Part shown: positions 46,689 to 54,778 of the stretch, in pieces | How positions within the stretch are numbered: position 1 is the stretch's first letter | How the letters are laid out: the number at the start of each line of letters is the position of its first letter | Origin: Minisyncoccota bacterium | GTDB lineage: Bacteria > Patescibacteriota > Minisyncoccia > Phycocordibacterales > XYD1-FULL-46-19 | NCBI GenBank assembly: GCA_041663165.1 | Contig: JBAZRF010000001.1 | Span: 736 to 64,735, forward strand | Length of the DNA: 64,000 nt | Reading direction: 5' to 3' | The notes under the pieces: model-generated | The model's input: only the letters and a program-made list of their open reading frames with translations | Database searches by the model: none | Told to the model about the DNA's origin: nothing | Translations under genes and position numbers: made by a program

Positions 46689-47899
46689 AGAAGCTTAAGT
46701 CCCAAGACCTGATCAAATTTCGAGATAAGTTCCAGCTTTTGGGCGGAGGGGAGATCTTTAGCTGATAGAACCGCTTGTAGAACGGCGAGGGCGGAGGCGA
46801 TATTAAGGTTGGAGATTTTGGAGGTAAAGTCTGATAGATAACTTTCAGTTACCCGAAGTCCAACTTCGGGCGCATTTGAAACTGAAGTTTTGGTAGTTTT
46901 ATTTTTTAAGTTTTTATAGCCCTTGCTGGCCGCCTCAAGCGATTCCCAAGTGAAATTAACTTTTTGTTTGTAACTGGTTTGCAAAAGCAAGTAGCGGTAG
47001 GCGAGCGGGTCGTAATCTTTTTGCTCCAAGTCTTCTAGCGTGTAGAAATTGTTAGCGCTTTTGGCCATTTTTTTGCCGTCAACTAGCATATGTTCGGAAT
47101 GCAACCACTCGCGTACAAAAGTTTGGCCGGTCAGCGCCTCACTCTGGGCGATCTCATTAGTGTGATGGGGAAAAATTAAATCGACTCCACCGGTATGGAT
47201 ATCGGTGGTCTGACCATTAAAGGCGACATAATTGATAACGGAACATTCAATATGCCAGCCCGGCCGACCCTCGCCTAATTTTTCACTCGGCCAAAAAATA
47301 TTGGCATCGCTTTCGTCACGCGCCTTCCATAACGCGAAGTCGCTTAAATTATCTTTAGTGTATTCGTCAGCTTTAACGCGCGCGGAGGCTGATATTGAAC
47401 CACCGATTTTTTTGCCCTCCAAAAATTTCTCGCCGACCAACTCGCCATAATGGCCAAAGTCTTGCTGATATTTTTCGATGCTAAAATAGGTGCTGCCATC
47501 GTCGGCTTTATAAGCGTAACCTTTCTCAATTAATTTGACGATAAAGTCTTGAATTTGCGGCACTACCTCGCTGACTTTGATAAATTTTATCTCGTCAACC
47601 GAGACGTTTAACTTTTTTAAATCTTGCAAAAAGGCCTGGTAATATTTGTCAGTGTATTTTTTTAACTCTGCTACGTCGGCATCTTTCCCGAATTCTTCAA
47701 CGGTGTTTCTGATAGTTTTATCATCAATATCGGTAATATTCATTACCCACTTTGGGTTTTGACCAGCGAACTTTTTCGCGCGATAAACAAGATCAGCAAA
47801 AACATAACTGCGCAAATTGCCAATATGGGCAAAGTTATAAACTGTCGGCCCGCAGGTGTATAAGTTAAGATTTGAAGATTTTAGCGGTTCTAAATCCAT
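46685..47899 (-). CDS. cysS: Cysteinyl-tRNA synthetase, shortened at both ends
   Basis: YTCGPTVY, HIGN, DFALWK, GRPGWHIECS, FPHHTNE and KMAKS motifs. Confidence 0.95.
   Translation of the reverse strand: MDLEPLKSSNLNLYTCGPTVYNFAHIGNLRSYVFADLVYRAKKFAGQNPKWVMNITDIDDKTIRNTVEEFGKDADVAELKKYTDKYYQAFLQDLKKLNVSVDEIKFIKVSEVVPQIQDFIVKLIEKGYAYKADDGSTYFSIEKYQQDFGHYGELVGEKFLEGKKIGGSISASARVKADEYTKDNLSDFALWKARDESDANIFWPSEKLGEGRPGWHIECSVINYVAFNGQTTDIHTGGVDLIFPHHTNEIAQSEALTGQTFVREWLHSEHMLVDGKKMAKSANNFYTLEDLEQKDYDPLAYRYLLLQTSYKQKVNFTWESLEAASKGYKNLKNKTTKTSVSNAPEVGLRVTESYLSDFTSKISNLNIASALAVLQAVLSAKDLPSAQKLELISKFDQVLGLKLL
46852..46870. repeat. GAAGT-nnn-ACTTC-family hairpin in frame in cysS
   Basis: cccgaagt-cca-acttcggg, 16 nt identical to holB 12308-12323. 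Confidence 0.8.
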
Positions 47900-48837
47900 T
47901 TTTTCGCTTTGGCAATAATGGTCATTACCACGGCGATAATGGCCATTAATGCCACCGCGATATAAAAGCCATCGGCGGATTTAATAATGGGCATATTAAG
48001 ATCGGTACCACTCATGCCAAAGATGGTGCCCATGAGAGTGACGGGTAGGAAGATAGCCGTGAGGGTCGTTAAGGCCTTCATGGTGTTGTTGGTTTTGATG
48101 GAGAGTAGAGATTCATTGGTGGAGCGTAATTCAGAAAAGTTTTCGCGATTGCTATCAACCAAGTTCGAAATTTTTTCGTATTCGCCGATGATTGAGCGCA
48201 GATAGTAATCAAATTTTTCACCGTAAAACTCACGAGCGGCGAGCTCCAGCGATTCTAAAACTTCACGGTGGAACTTTAAGGCCCATTTAAAATCAAGCAG
48301 ACAGCGATTTAAACCAGAGAGTGTTTTGACTATCTCGGCCTCTTGGCCAGCAAAAATCTTCTGCTCAGCCCGCTTCAAACTTAAATTAATATTATCTAAG
48401 CCGGTCTCTAGTGATTGATATAGCTGGCGGATAATATAGTAGAAAAGGTGTCCCGCATGGATATTTTTGTCTTTTCGGCCGTTGATCAATCCCGCACTGG
48501 CCTCCAGGATTTTGGAAAATTCTTCGAGCGGGGGAATGTTTTCATAATGGGTCGTGATTAAAAAATCTTTACCGAGGACAAAGTCAATCTCGTAGGTGTC
48601 ATCTTCGTGCAAGCCGTCGCCATAATTAGGCTGACAAACTTTGTCAACCGGGAAGTGGAGGATTAGGTAGAGATAGTCATCATAAATGTCAACCTTGGCT
48701 CGAACACTTGGGTGAAGCAATTCTTCACTCACCAACGGGTGGATGCTGTACTCTTGGCCAAGCTTGGCCACCTCATCCTTGGTCGGAGCAATCAAGCTAA
48801 GCCAGGTAATATTCTGGTACTTTAATTGTTTAATCAT
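47890..48837 (-). CDS. corA: CorA-family divalent cation transporter
   Basis: NNTMKALT, two C-terminal TM helices, FGMS in place of canonical GMN. Confidence 0.88.
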   Translation of the reverse strand: MIKQLKYQNITWLSLIAPTKDEVAKLGQEYSIHPLVSEELLHPSVRAKVDIYDDYLYLILHFPVDKVCQPNYGDGLHEDDTYEIDFVLGKDFLITTHYENIPPLEEFSKILEASAGLINGRKDKNIHAGHLFYYIIRQLYQSLETGLDNINLSLKRAEQKIFAGQEAEIVKTLSGLNRCLLDFKWALKFHREVLESLELAAREFYGEKFDYYLRSIIGEYEKISNLVDSNRENFSELRSTNESLLSIKTNNTMKALTTLTAIFLPVTLMGTIFGMSGTDLNMPIIKSADGFYIAVALMAIIAVVMTIIAKAKKWI

Positions 48838-48900
48838 TAGGTTTAATCATATCTTTTTCCCAGTTTGACCACAAGTGGATAGTTTGCGATAATGTAATTA

Positions 48901-50142
48901 ATGCTAAATCGTTCGTCTGCCAAATTTGTTATTTGGTTTGTTGTTTTGGTGGCAATTATTGCCGCCTTTGGTCTGGGCAATTATTGGGGTCAATCTCGCG
49001 CCGCTAGTCAAATCGCCCTTGACTTAGTTGGTCAAGAAGTTGGTAAACCAGACAAAGTTGATTTTTCACCCTTTTGGAAGGCTTGGAATCTAATTAACGA
49101 AAAATATATTGCCGATAATGGTAATAATCATAGCACGACGACCAAAATCGCCACTGATCAAGACAAGGTTTGGGGGGCAATTGAAGGTCTGACCACCTCG
49201 CTCGGCGATCCTTACTCCGTATTCTTGCCACCCGAAAAGAAAAAACGCTTCGAAGAAGATATCCGCGGTAATTTTAGCGGTGTTGGCATGGAAGTGGGGA
49301 TTAAGGATGAGGTCTTAACTGTCATTACCCCTCTGCCTGATTCGCCGGCAAAGAAAGCCGGAGTGCAAGCCGGTGACCAAGTCGTTAAAATTAACGATAC
49401 AATTACAGCCGGCCTCTCAGCTGATGAAGGGGTTAACCTTATTCGTGGTGAAGAGGGGACAACGGTTCGCTTAACTTTGGTGCGAGGCAAAGAAAAGCCA
49501 TTTGAAATTTCTATCACTCGTGCGGTCATTACCATCCCAACGCTTGACACAAAAAAACTGGCTGATGGAATTTTCGAAATTAAACTTTATAACTTTTCGG
49601 CTACCTCGCCAAATCTTTTTCGAGCGGCCTTGCGCCAATTTATTGAATCTGGTTCAACCAAATTAATTGTTGATCTGCGTGGCAACCCGGGCGGTTTTCT
49701 TGATGCAGCCGTCGACATGGCTAGCTGGTTTTTGCCAGCCGGCAAACCGGTCGTAATCGAGAAACATGGTGGGGGAGTAGAAGACAAAATTTATCGCAGT
49801 GCCGGTTATGATATTTTTAATGACAAACTAAAGATGGTAATTTTGGTTGATCAGGGTAGTGCCTCGGCCGCTGAAATTTTGGCAGGCGCTTTAGCTGAAT
49901 ATGGCAAGGCGATTTTGGTTGGTCAAAAAACTTTTGGCAAGGGTTCGGTTCAAGAACTGATCCCGGTAACGGGTGGCAGCTCGCTTAAATTAACCATTGC
50001 TAAATGGTACACACCCAAAGGCAAATCCATTTCAATTAACGGCTTAATGCCTGATATCTTGGTACCGGTTACTGAAGAAGATATTAAGGCCGGCCAAGAT
50101 CCGCAACTTGAGAAGGCTATTGAAATTTTGGGTAATAAGTGA
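48901..50142 (+). CDS. ctpA: Carboxy-terminal processing protease (S41A, PDZ)
   Basis: DLRGNPGG, SASAAEI and TFGKGSVQ motifs. Confidence 0.95.
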   Translation: MLNRSSAKFVIWFVVLVAIIAAFGLGNYWGQSRAASQIALDLVGQEVGKPDKVDFSPFWKAWNLINEKYIADNGNNHSTTTKIATDQDKVWGAIEGLTTSLGDPYSVFLPPEKKKRFEEDIRGNFSGVGMEVGIKDEVLTVITPLPDSPAKKAGVQAGDQVVKINDTITAGLSADEGVNLIRGEEGTTVRLTLVRGKEKPFEISITRAVITIPTLDTKKLADGIFEIKLYNFSATSPNLFRAALRQFIESGSTKLIVDLRGNPGGFLDAAVDMASWFLPAGKPVVIEKHGGGVEDKIYRSAGYDIFNDKLKMVILVDQGSASAAEILAGALAEYGKAILVGQKTFGKGSVQELIPVTGGSSLKLTIAKWYTPKGKSISINGLMPDILVPVTEEDIKAGQDPQLEKAIEILGNK

Positions 50143-50157
50143 TAAGTATTTAATTAT

Positions 50158-50601
50158 ATGAAAATAATTTTACTTCAAGATGTTGCTAAGGTGGGGCGCA
50201 AAAATGAGGTTAAGGAAGTTAATGATGGTTTCGCCCGGAATTTTTTGCTAGGGGCTGGGAGAGCAATTCTAGCCACGGCGGCTAATATTGCCAAAATCGA
50301 GGGATTGAAAAAAGGTAAAAATGAACAGCAGGCCAAAACCATTTCTTCGGCCCAGCAATTAATCGAAACTCTTGGTGATCAGGCGATTGAAATTAAGGCT
50401 AAGGCGAGCGAAGAGGGGCATTTATTTGCGGCGCTCCATGCTAAAGATTTAAGCGCCGAGATCAAAAAGCAATTTGGCTTGGATCTAGCCGAACATCTAA
50501 TTGACCTACCCAAACCGCTCAAAGAATTAGGTGAACACAAAATCGCCCTTCAATTGGGCGATCGCGCGGTACCTCTTAAAATTTCGTTGACGTCTATTTA
50601 A
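50158..50601 (+). CDS. rplI: 50S ribosomal protein L9
   Basis: MKIILLQDV and GFARNFL motifs. Confidence 0.96.
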   Translation: MKIILLQDVAKVGRKNEVKEVNDGFARNFLLGAGRAILATAANIAKIEGLKKGKNEQQAKTISSAQQLIETLGDQAIEIKAKASEEGHLFAALHAKDLSAEIKKQFGLDLAEHLIDLPKPLKELGEHKIALQLGDRAVPLKISLTSI

Positions 50602-50875
50602 CCGCCACTACCTCAACGGTTGATTTTGTTTTGACCAAACCAGCAAAACTCAATTTACGTTTGGAGCCAAATTTAACTACACCCGGGACACTGGCGAAAA
50701 TAGTGTGGTCCTTGCCGAGGCGAGTATTTTTGCCAGCCATGATTTTCGTCCCGCGCTGGCGCACAATAATACTGCCCGCTTTAGCCGTTTGACCATCAGC
50801 CAACTTTGTTCCTAGATATTTAGGATTAGAATCACGTAGGTTTTTAGCAGTACCCCCTGCCTTACGATGTGCCAT
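50594..50875 (-). CDS. rpmA: 50S ribosomal protein L27
   Basis: [23 protein letters not shown] and DHTIFA motifs. Confidence 0.98.
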   Translation of the reverse strand: MAHRKAGGTAKNLRDSNPKYLGTKLADGQTAKAGSIIVRQRGTKIMAGKNTRLGKDHTIFASVPGVVKFGSKRKLSFAGLVKTKSTVEVVAVK

Positions 50876-50895
50876 ATTGGTATAATATTAACGAC

Positions 50896-51084
50896 ATGAG
50901 TATAAAGGAAATGACAGAAAAAGTAAAGTTTTATTCGTCTTGGTGGCGAGCTCGCGAGAAGGAATTATTTGTTGCTCTACTGGTTGTTTTGGTTGCCCTG
51001 TTATCGTTCGGCCTTGGCCGTTTATCAAAAATTGAAGGTTGCCAACAGCCGGTTCAGATTGAGAATGCTTTACAGACGCAGTAA
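50896..51084 (+). CDS. Small single-TM protein, possibly C-terminally truncated
   Basis: TATAAT 9 nt upstream of ATG 50896, TM ending SFGLGRLS. Confidence 0.6.
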   Translation: MSIKEMTEKVKFYSSWWRAREKELFVALLVVLVALLSFGLGRLSKIEGCQQPVQIENALQTQ

Positions 51085-51152
51085 CGCCCCGGATCATACC
51101 GATCGATCCGAGGCGCCGTTGATGGGGAAGGAATATACGGGCGTTGTCGTTG

Positions 51153-51665
51153 CTAGTCCCAAACCAGCTCGGAGTATTCGAGCATGATCTGGTCGAGGCG
51201 TTCGGCCGTGAACTTGCCGGCGTCAACCTCTTCCTGGGTGACAATACCACACTTGACCATGTCGTTGATGATGGCCAAGGTTACTGCTGGACAGTTCTTG
51301 CTACGAGCGGCGTTGGTCACTCGCGACCAGAGTGTCTTCCCGCGGAAGTTTAGGCGAGACCATTCCCACCAATCCGTGTCTCTGGGGTCGCCAGCTAGGT
51401 TGGAGGTCCAGACGAAGTGCCACTCCAGATACTCTGGGTTGAAGTAGAAAGTTCGTTCGCCTAGAACTAGTGGCCAGACAAGTAGTCCGCCGTCCCAGCA
51501 TGGGCCGGCTAACTGATCGCCCTCGGGCATTTCCCAGTACCAGGCGGGGACGTCCAACCCTCGGATCCAATAGCACCCCTCAAAGGGGTTTCCGTCGGCT
51601 TGAACGGTTTGACAAACTGCAACCGACAACAACACGAGAACAAAGAACGCATACGACGACTTCAT
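51153..51665 (-). CDS. Orphan secreted Trp-rich protein (solo cassette)
   Basis: Signal peptide ending VQA, AAAGGA SD, TTGCTT-17-TATAAT (51758-51730), hairpin at about 51083-51120. Confidence 0.75.
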   Translation of the reverse strand: MKSSYAFFVLVLLSVAVCQTVQADGNPFEGCYWIRGLDVPAWYWEMPEGDQLAGPCWDGGLLVWPLVLGERTFYFNPEYLEWHFVWTSNLAGDPRDTDWWEWSRLNFRGKTLWSRVTNAARSKNCPAVTLAIINDMVKCGIVTQEEVDAGKFTAERLDQIMLEYSELVWD

Positions 51666-51783
51666 GGGCAAATCCTTTCGCGTGGCGCCCTTTATTGGGC
51701 TGTGGGCGCCGGTAGTTCATCCGTGAAAAATTATAGGACAAAAATAAGATAAAAGCAAGTAATAGAATTATTATGAAAAAGAC

Positions 51784-51820
51784 AATTGCTCCCGGCGGTT
51801 TACCCTAACCGGGAGCAATT
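51784..51820 (-). terminator. Strong hairpin ending the 52.0-kb minus-strand unit
   Basis: Perfect 12-bp stem aattgctcccgg/ccgggagcaatt, then gtctttttc on the minus strand. Confidence 0.65.
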
Positions 51821-51842
51821 AGCCAAATGAATCCGTTTGAGA

Positions 51843-52016
51843 TCAGGCACGACAGAGGAAGTGCCTTTGCCTTACACACCGCGGCTTGAAGCCCTTGACA
51901 GATGCGACAATCGAGCTGCCCTTTTCCCCGATATTCGATCTTCCTTCCGGGGTGGGGGATTTGCTCGACGTACTCTTTGTTTCTGCTGGGGGACTCCCAA
52001 GTCTTCGGAAGTGCAT
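51843..52016 (-). CDS. Candidate 57-aa basic small protein (solo cassette)
   Basis: AGGAG 8 nt before ATG 52016 and TTGACT-18-TAAGAT (52100-52071). All three minus frames are open, so the frame is uncertain. Confidence 0.4.
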   Translation of the reverse strand: MHFRRLGSPPAETKSTSSKSPTPEGRSNIGEKGSSIVASVKGFKPRCVRQRHFLCRA

Positions 52017-52152
52017 AGTTCTTTCTCCTGATTCGGAGTGGCCACAACGGTCACTCATCCTTCCATAAAAATCTTAACATCGCAGTTGCCATGAAGTCAA
52101 CACATTGTCAACGGGGGATATTTAAAAAGCTGGCTGTGGATAACTACTATAT

Positions 52153-52274
52153 ATGTCGCACAACATAGATTTTGCGACATAGCGCTAGAGCTAATCTAGC
52201 GCTAATGTTGCAAAATCTAATCTTGGCGCGACGTGCTTCCCTATCATGTCGCGCAAGATATTTTGCGGCATAGC
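52153..52274. repeat. REP/BIME-like cluster of three ~30-bp palindromic units (direct-inverted-direct)
   Basis: atgtcgc(a/g)caa..ata..ttttgcg(a/g)catagc at 52153-52183 and 52246-52274, inverted at 52201-52233. Confidence 0.75.
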
Positions 52275-52364
52275 TTTAATTTAATTATTTTATTTAAAAT
52301 ATTTTTCTCGCTTCTCCTAAACTCCGTCACTAATTTTACTAGTCCTTACCCCTAACATTTACTA

Positions 52365-52407
52365 CCAAAAAACCGAAGGATTTAACCCTCCGGTTTTTTG
52401 GTTTTTT
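52365..52407. terminator. Bidirectional intrinsic terminator
   Basis: ccaaaaaaccg...cggttttttgg. Confidence 0.75.
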
Positions 52408-52418
52408 GCGTTGATCGA

Positions 52419-52928
52419 TTAGACAGACTTGCCAGTATCCTTACCCCAACAGGGCTTGCTCCAATTCCAATGACGGTTGCCTTCTTTCTTCATTAACCAC
52501 ATGGCGTACTCAATATTGTCGTTGGTCTTATGAATATCGAAGCCCAGAGCCTGACTTTGGCTAAGGTGGTACTTCTCATTGATTTGAAAGATGCCAACAT
52601 CTAGCGGATTTTTATCTCCGCGCATGGCTTTGCCATTTTCATCGTATTGACGAAAGGTGCTCTCGCAATTAGCGATCCGTAGAGCGGTATCGGCATGAAG
52701 ACCGTACTTGGCGCTCGTTTCGATGATTTGATCATAAACAGCGGCGCTGGCGGTAGTTGTTGGGCGCTCAATTGAATAAGTCTTCTCGATAACCGGTTGA
52801 TTGTTATCAAACCTGCTAGCAAGTAAGGGGTTAAGAGCCAAAGCTGGTCCCGTTGTTGAGCTCGCCGTAATGATGAGGCTTGCTAAGCCTATTTGTAGGG
52901 TTGAATAAATAAGCCAATTGAAAACCAC
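52419..52928 (-). CDS. Secreted lysozyme-like/lytic transglycosylase (SLT) protein
   Basis: IANCES catalytic Glu, DVGIFQIN, NIEYA and HW motifs. Start uncertain. Confidence 0.8.
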   Translation of the reverse strand: MVFNWLIYSTLQIGLASLIITASSTTGPALALNPLLASRFDNNQPVIEKTYSIERPTTTASAAVYDQIIETSAKYGLHADTALRIANCESTFRQYDENGKAMRGDKNPLDVGIFQINEKYHLSQSQALGFDIHKTNDNIEYAMWLMKKEGNRHWNWSKPCWGKDTGKSV

Positions 52929-53113
52929 CTATCGCTTAAGGGCCACAACGGCCAAGCGGTAAATAGTTTAATAAAAACGAGCCTTTTTCTTAATTTCGAC
53001 GATGCCAGCCTTACGGCCGGTTTATCCTACCCAACTAATGCTATTGGTGTAAGCTAACTCTTGACAATAGTAGGATATATGTAGTCTAGCATAAGAGGGC
53101 TTAAAAGTCAACC

Positions 53114-53141
53114 CAAAAGGGGAGTTTCTACTCCCCTTTTG
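53114..53141 (-). terminator. Intrinsic terminator
   Basis: caaaaggggagt/actccccttttg. Confidence 0.7.
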
Positions 53142-53191
53142 ACTAAAAAACCCTTATTTTATAACGTTATTTTAGAATTAAGGTTTTCTGC

Positions 53192-53482
53192 CTATTTACT
53201 TAAAAATGGTATTTTTAATCCCGAGAGCCAATTGGGCAGACCTTGGCCTTTAAATATCGTATTCCAAGCCTGGCCAATCGGCCCGGCGAGGTATTCTTGA
53301 TACAAATCGGCCAACCAATCCCAGGCCCTAAGGACTATTTGCCAAACGTAGCCAAAATTGGCCCGCCCGGTGTCACTCTCAGCAATCTTCTGCAGATTGA
53401 TTCCCAGATAGCTTAAGATGATAATGGCCACAATTAGTAAAATTATTAATTTTACTAAACCCGATTGAGAGTTGTTGTTCAT
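53192..53482 (-). CDS. Small membrane protein with pilin-like N-terminus
   Basis: QSG|LVKLIILLIVAIIILSYLG, 96 aa. Confidence 0.7.
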   Translation of the reverse strand: MNNNSQSGLVKLIILLIVAIIILSYLGINLQKIAESDTGRANFGYVWQIVLRAWDWLADLYQEYLAGPIGQAWNTIFKGQGLPNWLSGLKIPFLSK

Positions 53483-53491
53483 ATGCTTATA

Positions 53492-54778
53492 TTATAAATA
53501 ATTTAAGGGATTTAGGTAAGCGTTATAGGAAGCAATTGGCAAAGTATAGGTACCGCAACCAGGCACTTTGCTCTTGAGCGAACTTACTTTTACTCCGTCT
53601 GAAGCATAGAGCGAAAAATGCAAATGGGGTCCAGTTGAGTAGCCGGTGTTACCAGAAAGAGCAATGACCTCTCCCCGCTTAACGCTTTGGCCAATATTAA
53701 CTTTGATTGAAGAAAGATGACCATAGAGCGTCGAAAGCCCATTATCATGTTTGATCAAAATCCATTTACCGAAAGAAGCTCCGGCACAGGTTTTATCGGT
53801 ATCGCCGGTTCCCGCAACCTGTCCATTTTCGGCAGAACGTATTTGGTCGCCAATATTGGCCGCGAGGTCAATGCCATTATGGCCTTTGCCGTTATAGACT
53901 GTCTGATGGCTCTGGGCGAAGTCGGTATTGCCAAAACCCTGAGTGATAAGATGTTTAAGCAATGGCCAGCCGATGGTGCCGGTACCGGTGCTTGGTAATT
54001 TGCTCGGATCAAGAGCGTAGCGCAAATCGGCTTCAGCTTTGGCAATCTCGGCCTCGACTTCCTGTTTTTTCTTTTTGCGGTCGGCGAGCAGTTTTTGGTA
54101 AGCCGATTCTTTGCTCTTGGTCTCAGTTAGCAAGGTGTTCTTAACTTGCTTGGTAATATCAACGGCTTGTTTTTGATCAGAGAGATCTCCTTTTAAATCA
54201 GCTAACTTGTTTTTTTCTTGCTCCTTTTGGCTCTTGTTTACTTCGAGAATCTGTTTGTCGCCCCTTAAGCTGGCAACATGATTATTTAGTTTTTCGCTCA
54301 AGGATTGAAATTTACCGAGATTGTCCCAGAGATCAGTCAGACGGTTAACACTCGCTATTATCTCTGGCAGGTTGCTAGTTTCGGTTTGCTTAATTTCGCG
54401 TAGCGTCTCAGCGAGAACAGTTTTATCATCGGTGATTTTTTCAGCTGTCGTCTGAATATTTTTTGCCAGGTTATTAATATTACTATCGGTTATCACAATC
54501 TTGTTTTGCGTTGAGACGAGGCTTGTTTGTAGTTTTTGTCTCGTCAAGTCAATTTGCTGAATTTCTTTTTTGAGAGAGTTGCCCTGTTGCCTCGTCGTGT
54601 CGATTTTTTGTTCATATTGTTTTATTTCCTCATCCAATTTTTTTACCGTATTTTGCCGATCACTAATTGTGCTCTTAATTTCATCAACCGAAACTGCTAA
54701 CAAAACGCTAAAAGTAAATAAATTAACGATTACAAAAAGTAAACTTAAAAATATATTAATTAAGAATTTTTTGTGCAT
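53492..54778 (-). CDS. Coiled-coil M23 peptidase (murein hydrolase)
   Basis: Long coiled coil, HNGID, YGHL and STGPHLHF zinc motifs. Confidence 0.92.
   Translation of the reverse strand: MHKKFLINIFLSLLFVIVNLFTFSVLLAVSVDEIKSTISDRQNTVKKLDEEIKQYEQKIDTTRQQGNSLKKEIQQIDLTRQKLQTSLVSTQNKIVITDSNINNLAKNIQTTAEKITDDKTVLAETLREIKQTETSNLPEIIASVNRLTDLWDNLGKFQSLSEKLNNHVASLRGDKQILEVNKSQKEQEKNKLADLKGDLSDQKQAVDITKQVKNTLLTETKSKESAYQKLLADRKKKKQEVEAEIAKAEADLRYALDPSKLPSTGTGTIGWPLLKHLITQGFGNTDFAQSHQTVYNGKGHNGIDLAANIGDQIRSAENGQVAGTGDTDKTCAGASFGKWILIKHDNGLSTLYGHLSSIKVNIGQSVKRGEVIALSGNTGYSTGPHLHFSLYASDGVKVSSLKSKVPGCGTYTLPIASYNAYLNPLNYL

Noticed and set aside
52135-52305. oriC
   Set aside because: Only one DnaA box, no dnaA/dnaN nearby, and gene orientation converges rather than diverges
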